A stretch of DNA of 64,000 nucleotides from Vicinamibacterales bacterium. GTDB lineage: Bacteria > Acidobacteriota > Vicinamibacteria > Vicinamibacterales > UBA8438. The DNA lies in the NCBI GenBank assembly GCA_965221305.1, contig OZ244881.1:3670091-3734090 (forward strand), given 5' to 3'. Position numbers and translations under genes: made by a program. This document shows positions 38,978 through 49,379 of the stretch, piece after piece. Every line of letters starts with the position of its first letter. The first letter of the stretch is position 1. The notes beneath the pieces are model-generated. The model was not told where the DNA came from and searched no databases. It worked only from the letters and a program-made list of their open reading frames with translations.

Positions 38978-39200
38978 CGGGGTCGTCCTTTCCTCTCGCG
39001 CATGATAAAGCAATTGTCATGCCCGGCCGCGTGTATTCGCGGCCCGAGGCCCCGCCGGCGATCCCGGCCCGGTGTCGTTATCGGCCGGTCGGCCGTTTTT
39101 CCAACCGCCCGCCTGTGCTCCCGGCGTGCGCCGGCGCCCATCGGGCGCGGTGCAACGCGGGGCTTCGCCACGGGCTCGTGGCGGTGGCCGTCATCGGGGG

Positions 39201-39311
39201 GTGACAGTCGGCGGCGCGAAGGGGACAGTGTGGGGTTCGCCGGCGGCGTGTTCGGCACGGCGGGCAGGGCCGGGTGACGGACAGTAGGCGGCGCGGAGGA
39301 GACAGTGTGGG
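39201..39311. repeat. Direct repeat of about 35 bp (period ~75) whose second copy overlaps the thiO translation-initiation region
   Basis: gtgacagtcggcggcgcgaaggggacagtgtggg (39201-39234) versus gtgacggacagtaggcggcgcggaggagacagtgtggg (39274-39311). Confidence 0.65.
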
Positions 39312-39322
39312 AGACTGGAGGC

Positions 39323-40450
39323 ATGCCCGGGGGTGACCGACAGGACGTGATCGTGATCGGGGCCGGCATCATCGGCTGCGCCGTCGCCTGCGAGCTGGGC
39401 CGGCGCGGGGCGGCGGTGCGGGTGATCGAGAGCCGCGGCGTCGGAGGCGGGGCGACCGGGGCATCGGCCGGCATCCTGGCCCCGTACATCGAAGCGGACC
39501 GGCCGGGCGCCCTGCGGGCGCTGTGCGCGGAGAGCCTGGGCCTGTGGGACGAGTTCGTGGGGCGCGCGGCCGCCGACAGCGGCCTCGACGTGCTGTACGA
39601 GCGGACGGGAACCCTCGAGGTCGTCGACGGCGAGGCGCCGCTGCGCCGGCTGGCGCAGACCGGCTCCGCCCTTGCCGCGGCGGGGGTCGAGTGCCGCCTG
39701 CTGACGGCGCGCGAGGCCCGCGCGGTCGAGCCCTCCCTGGCGGGGACGCTGGCCGGGGGCCTGCTGATTCCGTCTCACGGCTTCGTCGGGGTGGCGTCGC
39801 TCATTGGGGCGCTGCGGGAGGCGGGCGCCGCCCGGTACGGGGTCTCGTTCCTGACCGGCCGTCCCGCGCAGCACGTACGCGTGCGTCCGGGCGGCGGGAT
39901 GGCGGTCGAGACGGCGGCGGGCACGCTGGTCGGCGACGCCGTCGTGCTCGCGGCGGGGTGCTGGTCGGGCGCGGTCGCAATCGCGGGCGAGGCGTCGCTG
40001 CCGGTGCGGCCGGTGCGCGGGCAGCTGCTGCAGCTCGCGTGGCCCGCGGCGCCGCCGGCCCGGGTCGTCTGGTGCCCGCGCTGCTACGTGGTGCCCTGGC
40101 CCGACGGATCGCTGCTGGTGGGGGCGACGGTCGAGGACGTGGGGTTCGACGAACGCGCCACCGTCGCGGGGGTGGCGGCCCTGATCGAGGCGGTCGCCGA
40201 CGTGCTTCCGGCCGCCCGGCGCGCCGGCTTCGAGGCGGTGCGCGTCGGCCTGCGCCCCGGCACGCCGGACGACCTCCCGGTGGTGGGGCGCTCGGCCGCG
40301 GCGCCCGGGCTCGTGTACGCGACCGGCCACTACCGGAACGGGGTGCTGCTGGCGCCCCTGACCGCCCGCCTCGTCGCCGACCTGTTGCTCGCCGGCCGGG
40401 AGGACCCGTTGCTCGCCGCCGTTGCCCCCGCCCGTTTCGACGCAGCGTGA
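39323..40450 (+). CDS. thiO: FAD-dependent glycine oxidase (ThiO-like)
   Basis: 375 aa from ATG 39323 (GTG 39305 also possible). Dinucleotide fold VIVIGAGIIGCAVACEL, RPVRGQLL, GLRPGTPDDLPVVG, ATGHYRNGVLLAP. Confidence 0.75.
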   Translation: MPGGDRQDVIVIGAGIIGCAVACELGRRGAAVRVIESRGVGGGATGASAGILAPYIEADRPGALRALCAESLGLWDEFVGRAAADSGLDVLYERTGTLEVVDGEAPLRRLAQTGSALAAAGVECRLLTAREARAVEPSLAGTLAGGLLIPSHGFVGVASLIGALREAGAARYGVSFLTGRPAQHVRVRPGGGMAVETAAGTLVGDAVVLAAGCWSGAVAIAGEASLPVRPVRGQLLQLAWPAAPPARVVWCPRCYVVPWPDGSLLVGATVEDVGFDERATVAGVAALIEAVADVLPAARRAGFEAVRVGLRPGTPDDLPVVGRSAAAPGLVYATGHYRNGVLLAPLTARLVADLLLAGREDPLLAAVAPARFDAA

Positions 40451-40634
40451 GACGGGGCGCCCGAAGCGCCGGCCGGCGGCGTCGACGGTCGCCCGCGGTT
40501 TCGGACCGCGCGCCAGAAAGTGATATTCTCTCGGCGGCGCGGGACAGGACGCCCGGTCGCTCGGCCCGGAGCGTGCCCGCGGCAGTAGGCCCGACCCGTG
40601 GCCGGGCGCCCTATTCGTTTCGGAGCGAGACAGG

Positions 40635-41438
40635 ATGGAACAGGTTCACTTCGTCACCCCGTCCCGCCGGTGGGCGGAGACCCTCCGGCCGGATGCCTGG
40701 TTGACGCAGCCCCTCGGCGTCTTCTTCGTGTTCACGACGTTCATCGTGTATTCCACTTGGGCGGCGTTCCAGGGCGAGTACTATCACTCGGGGCCGTATC
40801 TCTCGCCGTTCTATTCGCCCGAAATCTTCGGAGACTCGCCGCACAGCCTCCTGGGCCCGCGACCCGGCTGGTGGCCGAGCCCGGTGCCGTTCTCGCCCGC
40901 GTTCCTGATCCTGTGGGCGCCGGTCGGCTTCCGGCTGACCTGCTACTACTATCGCGGCGCCTACTACAAGGCGTTCTGGCACGACCCGCCGGCGTGCGGG
41001 GTGGGCGAGCCGCGCTCGAGCTACTGGGGCGAGAACTCGTTCCCGCTGATCGTGCAGAACCTGCACCGCTACTTCCTCATCTTCGCGCTGGCGCTCCTGG
41101 TGTTCCTGAGCATCGACGTCTGGAACGCGCTGTGGTTCGAGGATCCGGCGACCGGCGCCGTTTCGTTCGGCGTCGGGGTCGGGACGCTCGTCCTCGCGAT
41201 CAACGTCGTCCTGCTGGGCGGTTACACGCTGGGCTGCCACTCGTTGCGCCATCTCGTCGGGGGCGGGCGCGACCTCATCGCCGGGCTGCCGATCCGCCGG
41301 CCGACCTACGACTGCGTGAGCTGCCTGAACCGCCGGCACATGCTCTTCGCCTGGATGAGCCTGGTCTGGGTCGGGTTCTCCGACATCTACGTCCGACTGT
41401 GCGCGATGGGCATCGTTACGGATCTCCGACTCCTGTAG
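40635..41438 (+). CDS. sdhC: Succinate dehydrogenase / fumarate reductase membrane anchor (single-subunit cytochrome b type)
   Basis: 267 aa polytopic protein directly upstream of sdhA and sdhB. Conserved His residues in TM helices (YYHSGPY, NLHRYF, GCHSLRH). Gene order C-A-B as in B. subtilis-type SQR. Confidence 0.75.
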   Translation: MEQVHFVTPSRRWAETLRPDAWLTQPLGVFFVFTTFIVYSTWAAFQGEYYHSGPYLSPFYSPEIFGDSPHSLLGPRPGWWPSPVPFSPAFLILWAPVGFRLTCYYYRGAYYKAFWHDPPACGVGEPRSSYWGENSFPLIVQNLHRYFLIFALALLVFLSIDVWNALWFEDPATGAVSFGVGVGTLVLAINVVLLGGYTLGCHSLRHLVGGGRDLIAGLPIRRPTYDCVSCLNRRHMLFAWMSLVWVGFSDIYVRLCAMGIVTDLRLL

Positions 41439-41467
41439 CAGCCCGGTGACTCCTGTAGCAGCCCAGT
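41428..41467. repeat. 20-bp tandem duplication spanning the sdhC stop codon
   Basis: gactcctgtagcagcccggt (41428-41447, contains the sdhC TAG) is followed directly by gactcctgtagcagcccagt (41448-41467). One mismatch. Confidence 0.9.
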
Positions 41468-41699
41468 GGCGAATCCGTGCGTTGCATGGCGCCCGCAGGG
41501 CGCCAGCGGATCGGCGAGGCGGGATGCGTCACCGCCCGGATGCCGCCGAGACTTCCCCACGGGCGGCCGGGGCGCGACCGCCGCGCCCGTCTGTTTCTCC
41601 GCGAGAAGGGCGGGCGCGGCCGACCGCGGCGCCGTCGGGCGATGGACCACTGGCCGACCGCGGCGCTGCCGGGTCGCCATTAGATGAAGATTGCCGTCA

Positions 41700-43520
41700 A
41701 TGGACAACGAATACCAATCCTTCGAACACGACGTGCTGGTGATCGGGGCCGGCGGCGCGGGGCTGCGGGCCGCGATCGAGGCATCGGCGTCCGGGGCCTC
41801 GGTCGGGCTGATCTGCAAGTCCCTCCTCGGGAAGGCGCACACCGTCATGGCCGAGGGCGGCCTCGCCGCGTCTCTCGCCAACGTGGACGACCGCGACGAC
41901 TGGACGGTGCACTTCGCCGACACCATGCGCGGCGGTCAGTACCTGAACAGTTGGCGCATGGCCGAGCTGCACGCCAAGGAGGCGCCGGCGCGGGCGCGCG
42001 AGCTCGAGGCCTGGGGAGCGGTGTTCGACCGTACCAAGGACGGGCGCATCCTGCAGCGCAACTTCGGGGGGCACAAGTATCCCCGGCTCGCCCACGTCGG
42101 GGACCGGACCGGCCTCGAGATGATTCGGACCCTGCAGGACCACGGCGTTCACCAGGGCATCGACGTGCACATGGAGTGCACCGTCGTCGAGCTGCTGAAG
42201 GACGGCGACCGCGTCGTCGGGGCCTTCGGCTACGACCGCGAGCGTGGCCGCTTCCAGGTGTACATGGCCCGCGCGGTGGTGCTGGCCACCGGTGGCATCG
42301 GGCGCGCCTACAAGGTGACGAGCAACAGCTGGGAGTACACCGGCGACGGGCACGCCCTGGCGTACCGGGCCGGGGCCGAGCTGATGGACATGGAGTTCGT
42401 GCAGTTCCATCCCACCGGCATGGTGTGGCCGCCGAGCGTCCGCGGCATCCTCGTCACCGAGGGGGTGCGCGGCGAGGGCGGGGTGCTGCGCAACCGCGAG
42501 GGGAAGCGGTTCATGTTCGAGGACATCCCCGAGCTGTACCGGAGTTCCACCGCCACCGACGAGGAAGAAGGGTGGCGCTACACCCAGGGTGACAAGCAGT
42601 CGCGCCGCCCGCCGGAGCTCCTGACCCGCGACCATGTGGCGCGCTGCATCGTGCGCGAGGTCAAGGAGGGCCGCGGCAGCCCCCACGGCGGCGTCTTCCT
42701 CGACATCGCCTGGATCAAGAAGCGGCTGCCGAACGGCGCCGAGCACATCCGCAAGAAGCTGCCGAGCATGTATCACCAGTTCAAGCAGCTCGCGGCCATC
42801 GACATCACCGAGGAGCCGATGGAGGTCGGCCCCACCACCCACTACGTGATGGGCGGCGTGCGCGTCGACCCCGACACCCAGATGTCGAGCGTGCCCGGGC
42901 TCTTCGCGGCCGGCGAGTGCGCGGCGGGGCTGCACGGCGCGAACCGGCTCGGCGGCAACTCGTTGTCCGACCTCCTCGTCTTCGGCCAGCGTGCGGGCAA
43001 GTACGCGGCCGAGTTCGCGAGGGAGCAGACCGTGACGAAGCCCGCGCAATACCAGTTGGACGCGGTCGAGCGCGAGGCCCTCGCGCCGTTCGAGCGCGCC
43101 GGCGGCGACGCGGCGGGGCCGTACCAGGTGCAGTACGACCTGCAGGACATGATGCAGTCGCAGGTCGGCATCGTCCGCAACGAGGAAGAGATGCAGAAGG
43201 CCATCGACGCCTTCGAGGGGTTGCGCGCGCGCGCCGACCGGGTCGCGGTGCAGGGCAACCGCGAGTACAACGCGGGCTGGCACACCGCTCTCGACTTGCG
43301 CAACCTGCTGATGGTGTCGGAGGCGGTGGCACGGTCGGCGATCCTCCGCAAGGAGAGCCGCGGCGCCCACTTCCGCGAGGACCACCTCGACAAGGACCCC
43401 GGGCAGGGCCGGCTGAACACCGTCATCCGGCGCGGCGACGAGGGCGAGATGCAGGTGACGCAGGAGCCGATTTCCGAGATCCGGGCCGACCTGCAGCAGA
43501 TCATCGAAGACAACAAGTGA
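41700..43520 (+). CDS. sdhA: Succinate dehydrogenase / fumarate reductase flavoprotein subunit
   Basis: 606 aa from ATG 41700 (TTG 41691 possible). VLVIGAGGAGLRAA, SHTVMAEGG-like KAHTVMAEGG (covalent FAD His), HPTG, RLGGNSL, ESRGAHFRED. Confidence 0.92.
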   Translation: MDNEYQSFEHDVLVIGAGGAGLRAAIEASASGASVGLICKSLLGKAHTVMAEGGLAASLANVDDRDDWTVHFADTMRGGQYLNSWRMAELHAKEAPARARELEAWGAVFDRTKDGRILQRNFGGHKYPRLAHVGDRTGLEMIRTLQDHGVHQGIDVHMECTVVELLKDGDRVVGAFGYDRERGRFQVYMARAVVLATGGIGRAYKVTSNSWEYTGDGHALAYRAGAELMDMEFVQFHPTGMVWPPSVRGILVTEGVRGEGGVLRNREGKRFMFEDIPELYRSSTATDEEEGWRYTQGDKQSRRPPELLTRDHVARCIVREVKEGRGSPHGGVFLDIAWIKKRLPNGAEHIRKKLPSMYHQFKQLAAIDITEEPMEVGPTTHYVMGGVRVDPDTQMSSVPGLFAAGECAAGLHGANRLGGNSLSDLLVFGQRAGKYAAEFAREQTVTKPAQYQLDAVEREALAPFERAGGDAAGPYQVQYDLQDMMQSQVGIVRNEEEMQKAIDAFEGLRARADRVAVQGNREYNAGWHTALDLRNLLMVSEAVARSAILRKESRGAHFREDHLDKDPGQGRLNTVIRRGDEGEMQVTQEPISEIRADLQQIIEDNK

Positions 43521-43563
43521 CGGCGCGGCGCGGGCGTTCCCGCGCGCGTCGGGCGGAGACAGC

Positions 43564-44307
43564 GTGATGAGCAGCGCGACATTCCGGATCTGGCGGGGGA
43601 CCTCGGAGGGCGGCGAGTTCCAGGACTACTCCACCGAGGTGTCCGAGGGCATGGTCGTCCTCGACGCGGTGCACCAGATCCAGGCGGAGCAGGCCAACGA
43701 CCTCGCCGTGCGCTGGAACTGCAAGGCCGGCAAGTGCGGCTCGTGCTCGGCCGAGGTCAACGGCAGCCCGAAGCTGATGTGCATGACGCGGCTCAACTCG
43801 CTGCCCCTGGAGCGCCCCGTCACCATCGAGCCCATGCAGGCGTTCCCCACCGTGCGCGACCTCGTCACCGACGTGTCGTGGAACTATCAGGTCAAGAAGG
43901 CCATCAAGCCCTTCGCCCCGCGCGAGCCGGACGCGGCGGACGGCACGTGGCGAATGGAGCAGTACGACGTCGAGCGGGTGCAGGAGTTCCGCAAGTGCAT
44001 CGAGTGCTTCCTGTGCCAGGACGTCTGCCACGTGCTGCGCGACCACCGGCTCCACGGCGAGTTCATCGGCCCCCGCTTCTTCGTCCACGCCGCCGCCCTC
44101 GAGATGCATCCCCTCGACACCGCCGACCGAACCACCGAGCTCGCCAACGACCACGGCGTCGGCTACTGCAACATCACCAAGTGTTGCACCAAGGTCTGCC
44201 CCGAGGAGATCACCATCACCGACAACGCGATCATTCCCCTGAAGGAGCGCGTCGTCGACAAGATGTACGACCCGATCACGAAGCTGCTTCGGATGTTCAG
44301 GTCGTAG
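43564..44307 (+). CDS. sdhB: Succinate dehydrogenase / fumarate reductase iron-sulfur subunit
   Basis: 247 aa. 2Fe-2S cluster Cys pattern CKAGKCGSCSAEVNG ... C. 4Fe-4S and 3Fe-4S patterns CIECFLCQDVC and CNITKCCTKVCP. Confidence 0.92.
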   Translation: MMSSATFRIWRGTSEGGEFQDYSTEVSEGMVVLDAVHQIQAEQANDLAVRWNCKAGKCGSCSAEVNGSPKLMCMTRLNSLPLERPVTIEPMQAFPTVRDLVTDVSWNYQVKKAIKPFAPREPDAADGTWRMEQYDVERVQEFRKCIECFLCQDVCHVLRDHRLHGEFIGPRFFVHAAALEMHPLDTADRTTELANDHGVGYCNITKCCTKVCPEEITITDNAIIPLKERVVDKMYDPITKLLRMFRS

Positions 44308-44587
44308 GGGGCGGGCCCGCGGCATGGGGGCGCGCGGTTCGGCGACCGGGAGGGCGGTCGGGCATCGGCCGCTTGCACCGGACCGCGGACACGGTCGGCG
44401 CCGGCCGACGCATCCTGGTCCGCCGTAATTCCGCGCCCGATCGAGAACCCGCCGGCTGCCGGTCACGGATTCGCCCGGGCGGTTGCGGCGCCGGCCGGCG
44501 TCAAGCACCCGGTCGGGGCCGTCGGACGCCGCACGTTGGTCGCGCACGTTGGTCGACACCGTCGCCCGCGTGGACCACCGCCGTGAC

Positions 44588-44607
44588 GCTCGCGCCGCAG
44601 CGCGAGC
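44588..44607. terminator. 8-bp-stem GC hairpin in the convergent gap between sdhB and the SSS symporter
   Basis: gctcgcgc (44588-44595), loop cgca, gcgcgagc (44600-44607). Lies 13 nt downstream of the symporter stop on the minus strand. No U-tract. Confidence 0.3.
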
Positions 44608-44619
44608 CTGTCGCGTTCC

Positions 44620-46074
44620 TCATCCGATCCGCGCGGGGTCGGGGGCGAGACGGGTCACGGCCACGCACACGGCGACGTTGGCGAGCAGCGCGACGACCCC
44701 GGCGTGGACGTTCCACGGCTCCGGATGCCCCGTTGCGAGGAGGCCGCCGTAGACGACGGCGCCGGTGACCATGCCGGCCAGCGCGGCGCGGGTGGTGAGC
44801 CGGTCCCAGCTCACGCCGAGGATGAAGAGGGGAGCGACCTGGGCGAGGATCTCCATCTTGAGTTCCGTGAGGCCCCACAGCGTGATCCGCGGGTTGAGGG
44901 CGATGCCGACGAGGCCGGCGACGAGGACCCAGGACACGAGCTTTCCGGCTCGCGTCAGGCGCGCCTCGTCGGCGCCGCGCAGCATCGTGGTGCCCAGCAC
45001 GTCCTTGGCGAGCATCGAAGAGAGGCTCAGGAGCACCGAATCGGCCGTCGACATGATGGCGCTGACCACCGCCACGATGACGATCAGGCTGAAGGCGTAG
45101 AGCAGCGGCGAACTCGCGCCCCACTCGGTGAGGAGGAGCGGCAGCACCTGGTCGCCCTCGACGGGGCCCGCCCCCGCGAGCCGCTCGATGGCGAGCACCC
45201 CGACGAGGAAGACGGGTCCGGTGGTGACCATCGGCAGGAATACCATGATGCCGAACGAGCGGCGCAGGGCGGCGCTGTCGCGCGCCGCGTAGATGCGCTG
45301 GATCGCCTGCGGATAGACGGCGCCCGAGAAGCCGATCAGGGCGAGGGTGCTGAACCAGTTGCGGCACGTGTCCCAACCGGGGACGGCGACCTTCTCGGGG
45401 GCCTCGGCCGCGAGCCACGCCGTCACGTCGGCCACGTGCGACGGGCCCGGCGCCGCCGCGAGAAGCAGCCCCGTCAGCCCCGTCACCAGCATGAGCCCCT
45501 GCACGAGGTCGGTCCATGCGACCGCCCGCATGCCCCCGACCGTTTCGTAGACGAGCACCACCAGGGTCAGCAGGACGACCCCGGCCCAATAGGGGACGGC
45601 CCCGCCGGAGAGACCGGCGGTGATGTGGCCCATCGCCATGAGCTGGGCGAGCAGGTAGTTGGAGATGGCGGCGACGAGGAGCAGGTTGGCGAGGAGGGTG
45701 AGGGCCGGCGAGCGGAAGCGGTGGGCGAGCCAGTCGCCGGGGGTGACGAAGCGGTGCCGCCGGGCCAGCCGATGGAGCCGCGGCGCATAGAGCAGGTAGG
45801 CCACGATGATGGCCATCATGAAACCGACGCTCATGACCCACGAGAAGCCGAGGCGGTACGCCTCGCCGGGGTAGCCGATCAGGGTGTTTCCGCTGTACTG
45901 AGTGGCGTACAGCGTGAGCAGCAGCACCGGCCCCGTGAGCTGTCGGCCCGCGAGGTAGAAGTCGGCCAGCGAATCGCCGGTGCGCTGCCGGCGCGCGGCG
46001 TAGCCGACGCCGAGGATGGCGGTCAGGTAGAGCCCGACGGCCACGACCGCGCCGCCGCCCAGGGACTCGGTCAT
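44620..46074 (-). CDS. Sodium:solute symporter (SSS) family transporter
   Basis: 484 aa from ATG 46074 ([17 protein letters not shown]). Motifs [35 protein letters not shown]. The track ORF to 46635 is an artefact. Confidence 0.85.
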   Translation of the reverse strand: MTESLGGGAVVAVGLYLTAILGVGYAARRQRTGDSLADFYLAGRQLTGPVLLLTLYATQYSGNTLIGYPGEAYRLGFSWVMSVGFMMAIIVAYLLYAPRLHRLARRHRFVTPGDWLAHRFRSPALTLLANLLLVAAISNYLLAQLMAMGHITAGLSGGAVPYWAGVVLLTLVVLVYETVGGMRAVAWTDLVQGLMLVTGLTGLLLAAAPGPSHVADVTAWLAAEAPEKVAVPGWDTCRNWFSTLALIGFSGAVYPQAIQRIYAARDSAALRRSFGIMVFLPMVTTGPVFLVGVLAIERLAGAGPVEGDQVLPLLLTEWGASSPLLYAFSLIVIVAVVSAIMSTADSVLLSLSSMLAKDVLGTTMLRGADEARLTRAGKLVSWVLVAGLVGIALNPRITLWGLTELKMEILAQVAPLFILGVSWDRLTTRAALAGMVTGAVVYGGLLATGHPEPWNVHAGVVALLANVAVCVAVTRLAPDPARIG

Positions 46075-46313
46075 TCCTCGGGCCAGAGGCGGTGCACCAC
46101 GAAGGCGGTGAAGACGGCGACCCCCGCCGTCGCGGCGAGCGAGAGGACGACCCAGTGGGGCAGCCCGAGCCAGATGCGCAGCGGCCCGTCGGCGGGCAGG
46201 TACCACGGGACGGATGCGCCGAAGAGGGCGAGGTAGACGGGCCAGATCCACGCGGGGAAGCCGCGCCGGCCGGAGGCCGGGCCGGACCGAGGTGTGGCGG
46301 TGGGATTGGCCAT
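46071..46313 (-). CDS. Small DUF3311-like membrane protein partnered with the SSS transporter
   Basis: 80 aa with two TM helices. Its stop overlaps the symporter ATG (ATGA at 46071-46074), the usual arrangement for DUF3311/SSS pairs. Confidence 0.65.
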   Translation of the reverse strand: MANPTATPRSGPASGRRGFPAWIWPVYLALFGASVPWYLPADGPLRIWLGLPHWVVLSLAATAGVAVFTAFVVHRLWPEE

Positions 46314-46679
46314 TGCCCCCGATCATCCGCGTCCGCCGCGAAGATATCAACCGGCCCGCATCGGCGCGCCCCGCCGTGTTCCATCCTCCGCCTCCGTCGG
46401 GAGTGCGCCGAGCCGGTGGGGCGGGCCGCCCGCGGCGGCGCCCGTCGGATCGTTGCGTCCGTCGCGCCTCGATCATCCCGTTCGCCGCGAGGGCCCGGGC
46501 TGCCCGCAGCGGCGCCCGTCGGATCGCTCGCGGCCTCGCGAGCCCACTTTCCGCCCCGCTGCTGCGCCGGGGCCGCATTCGAGCCACCCTCGGACGTCGT
46601 CGCGGGAGGGCTCGGGCGCCAGCCAGGATCGGCATGCGGTGATATCGTGTCGGCTCCGGTCGATCTCTCAGAGGGGAGC

Positions 46680-49349
46680 ATGTTCATGTCCGTGACGCGA
46701 CTCGCTACGGTACGCGCCGTCGTATTCTGGCTGGCGGCAGGTCTGGCGGCCCCGGGGGCGGTGGCGGCCCAGGATCAGCCGCCGGAGCCGCCACCGGAGG
46801 AAGAAGAAGAGCAGGAGAGGACGGCCGAGGACGCCGAAGAGAACGAGGAGGCCGAAGACGAGGGGCCGCGCCGGGGCCGCAATCGCGACGACGGCATCCA
46901 GCCCTACGACGAGGTGATCACCGACGAGGCGGAGACCGACGAGGGCGTCTTCCGGGTGCACCGGCTCGACGACAAGGTGTTCTACGAGATCCCGGTCGAC
47001 GAGCTGGGCCGCGAGTTTCTTTGGGTCAGCCAAATCGAGCGCACCAGCGAGGGCGTCGGCTACGGCGGACAGGCGCTCGGGAGCCGCGTCGTCAAGTGGG
47101 AGCGCCGCGGCGACCGGGTGCTGCTGAAGAGCGTGTCCTACGCCATCGTCGCCGACGAGTCGCGGCCCATCGCGCGGGCGGTCGAGGCCGCCAACAACGA
47201 CACCATCCTGCGGGCGTTCGACATCGAAGCGCTGTCGGACGCGGAGGCGCCGGTCATCGACGTCACCGCGCTGTTCAACACCGAGGTGCCGGAGTTCAGC
47301 GCCCGGTCGCGGCTGCAGGCGCGCGGGTTCGCGCGGGACCGGTCGTTCGTCGAGTCGGTGGTGTCGTACCCGCGGAACATCGAGGTCAGGGCCACCCACA
47401 CCTATACGGCGCCGCCGCCGTCCACCTCGGGCAACCGGCCGAGGGTGGTGTTCCGCCGGGGCATGCGGCCCGGCAGCGCGACGGTGCTGCTGCACCACAG
47501 CATGGTGAGGCTGCCCGACGAGCCGATGATGCCGCGCCTCTTCGATGAGCGGGTCGGCTACTTCTCGGTGCGGCAGATCGACTACGGCCGCGACGAGCAC
47601 CGCTCGCCGCGCCGGCGCTACATCACCCGCTGGCGGCTGGAGAAGCAACAGCCGGACCGGGCGCTGTCCGATCCCGTCACGCCGATCACCTTCTGGATCG
47701 ATCCGGCGACCCCCGCCAAGTGGGTGCCGTACATGAAGCAGGGCATCGAGGCGTGGCAGCCGGCGTTCGAGGAGGCCGGGTTCAGCAACGCGATCGTCGC
47801 GCGCGAGGCGCCCTCCGCCGACGAGGATCCCGACTGGAGCCCCGAGGACGCCCGCTATTCCGTCATCCGCTGGCTGCCGTCGACGGTCGAGAACGCCTCC
47901 GGCCCCCACGTGAACGACCCGCGCACGGGGGAGATCCTCGAGGCGGACATTCAGTTCCACCACAACGTCATGAACCTGCTGCGCGACTGGTACTTCGTGC
48001 AGGTGGGGCCGCTCGACCCGCGCGCGCGGACGCTGCCGCTGCCCGACGACTTGATGGGCGACCTGCTCGCCTACGTGGTCGCCCACGAGGTGGGGCACAC
48101 TCTCGGCTTCCAGCACAACATGAAGGCGAGCTCGCTCTACCCGCCGGAGCGGGTGCGCGACCCCGACTGGGTGCGGACGATGAGCCACACCCCGACCCTG
48201 ATGGACTACGCGCGCTTCAACTACGTCGCGCAGCCCGAGGACGGCATCGCCCCCGAGGACCTGATTCCCAAGATCGGCCCCTATGACAAGTGGGCCACGC
48301 GGTGGGGCTATGCGCCGATCGCGGGGGCGGAGACCCCGGACGACGAGCGGGCGACCCTCGACGCGTGGGCGCGTGAGCAGGACGAGACGGCGTGGCTCCG
48401 CTTCTCAACCCCCGGCGCGGTCGGCGCCGACCCCGGCCAGCTCACCGAGGCGGTGGGCGATGCCGACGCGGTGGCGTCGACGGCGCTGGGGCTGAAGAAC
48501 CTCGAGCGGGTGGCCGCGATGCTCCTCGACGCCACCGCCGCGCCGGGCGAGCCCTACGACGACCTCGACGAGCTCTACGCCCGGCTCGTCGGCCAGTGGA
48601 CGCTCGAGATGAACCACGTCGCCGCGGTGGTGGGCGGGGTTTCGTCGCAGCAGAAGCACCACGGCCAGGACGGGGTGCGGTTCTCGACCCTCCCGCGCGA
48701 CGTGCAGGCGAAGGCGGTGGCGTTCCTGAACGACCACGCGTTCATGCCGCCGGCGTTCCTGACCGACCCCGAGATCCTGCGCCGCATCGAGCCGGTGGGG
48801 GTGCTGAACCGGATTCGGATCAGCCAGACCCGGGTGCTCGGGACGCTGCTGTCCGCCGCCCGATTGGCCCGGCTCGTCGAGCAGGAGGTGATAGACGGCG
48901 ACGTCGCCTATCCCGCCACCGAGTTCCTGGCCGACGTGCGCGCCGGCGTGTGGCGCGAGCTCGACGAGCCGGAGACCCGCATCGACGCCTATCGCCGGAA
49001 CATCCAGCGCGCGTACCTCGATCTGCTGGAGGGACGGCTCGGCGGCTCCTCCCAGGCCAACGGCGACGCGGGGCCGTTCCTGCGCGGCGAGCTGCGCGCG
49101 CTCGACGCGTCCGCCCGGCTCGCGTTGGACCGGACGTCGGACCGCGCGACCCGGCTGCACCTCGAGGACGTGCGGCACCGGATCGCGCGGACGCTGGATC
49201 CCTCGGCCGGTCCGGCCGGGGCCGCGCGCGCGCGGCCGGCGTTCACGGATGACCCTCTCGGGCCGCTCCACGACGTATTCGATCCCTCGAATCCGCTCGT
49301 GGGCGGCGTCGAGTGGTGCTGGCCCGACTACGCCGTGCATGTGCACTGA
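46680..49349 (+). CDS. Secreted zinc-dependent metalloprotease (DUF5117/DUF4953-type)
   Basis: 889 aa from ATG 46680, preceded by gaggggag. Signal peptide. Acidic linker ([22 protein letters not shown]). [12 protein letters not shown] at 48084-48119, then MDY. Beta-rich N-terminal domain typical of this family. Confidence 0.85.
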   Translation: MFMSVTRLATVRAVVFWLAAGLAAPGAVAAQDQPPEPPPEEEEEQERTAEDAEENEEAEDEGPRRGRNRDDGIQPYDEVITDEAETDEGVFRVHRLDDKVFYEIPVDELGREFLWVSQIERTSEGVGYGGQALGSRVVKWERRGDRVLLKSVSYAIVADESRPIARAVEAANNDTILRAFDIEALSDAEAPVIDVTALFNTEVPEFSARSRLQARGFARDRSFVESVVSYPRNIEVRATHTYTAPPPSTSGNRPRVVFRRGMRPGSATVLLHHSMVRLPDEPMMPRLFDERVGYFSVRQIDYGRDEHRSPRRRYITRWRLEKQQPDRALSDPVTPITFWIDPATPAKWVPYMKQGIEAWQPAFEEAGFSNAIVAREAPSADEDPDWSPEDARYSVIRWLPSTVENASGPHVNDPRTGEILEADIQFHHNVMNLLRDWYFVQVGPLDPRARTLPLPDDLMGDLLAYVVAHEVGHTLGFQHNMKASSLYPPERVRDPDWVRTMSHTPTLMDYARFNYVAQPEDGIAPEDLIPKIGPYDKWATRWGYAPIAGAETPDDERATLDAWAREQDETAWLRFSTPGAVGADPGQLTEAVGDADAVASTALGLKNLERVAAMLLDATAAPGEPYDDLDELYARLVGQWTLEMNHVAAVVGGVSSQQKHHGQDGVRFSTLPRDVQAKAVAFLNDHAFMPPAFLTDPEILRRIEPVGVLNRIRISQTRVLGTLLSAARLARLVEQEVIDGDVAYPATEFLADVRAGVWRELDEPETRIDAYRRNIQRAYLDLLEGRLGGSSQANGDAGPFLRGELRALDASARLALDRTSDRATRLHLEDVRHRIARTLDPSAGPAGAARARPAFTDDPLGPLHDVFDPSNPLVGGVEWCWPDYAVHVH

Positions 49350-49379
49350 GGCGGAGAACCGTCATGGAATGGTCGTTCA

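Noticed and set aside
39014-39322. TPP (THI-box) riboswitch upstream of thiO.
   Set aside because: I could not find the conserved ctgaga / acc..gatc..ggataatgcc core elements. The region is instead explained by a direct repeat. An Rfam scan would be decisive.
40521-40529. Extended -10-like promoter element (tgatattct) upstream of sdhC.
   Set aside because: It is an isolated A/T-rich hexamer with no convincing -35, so it cannot be supported from sequence alone.
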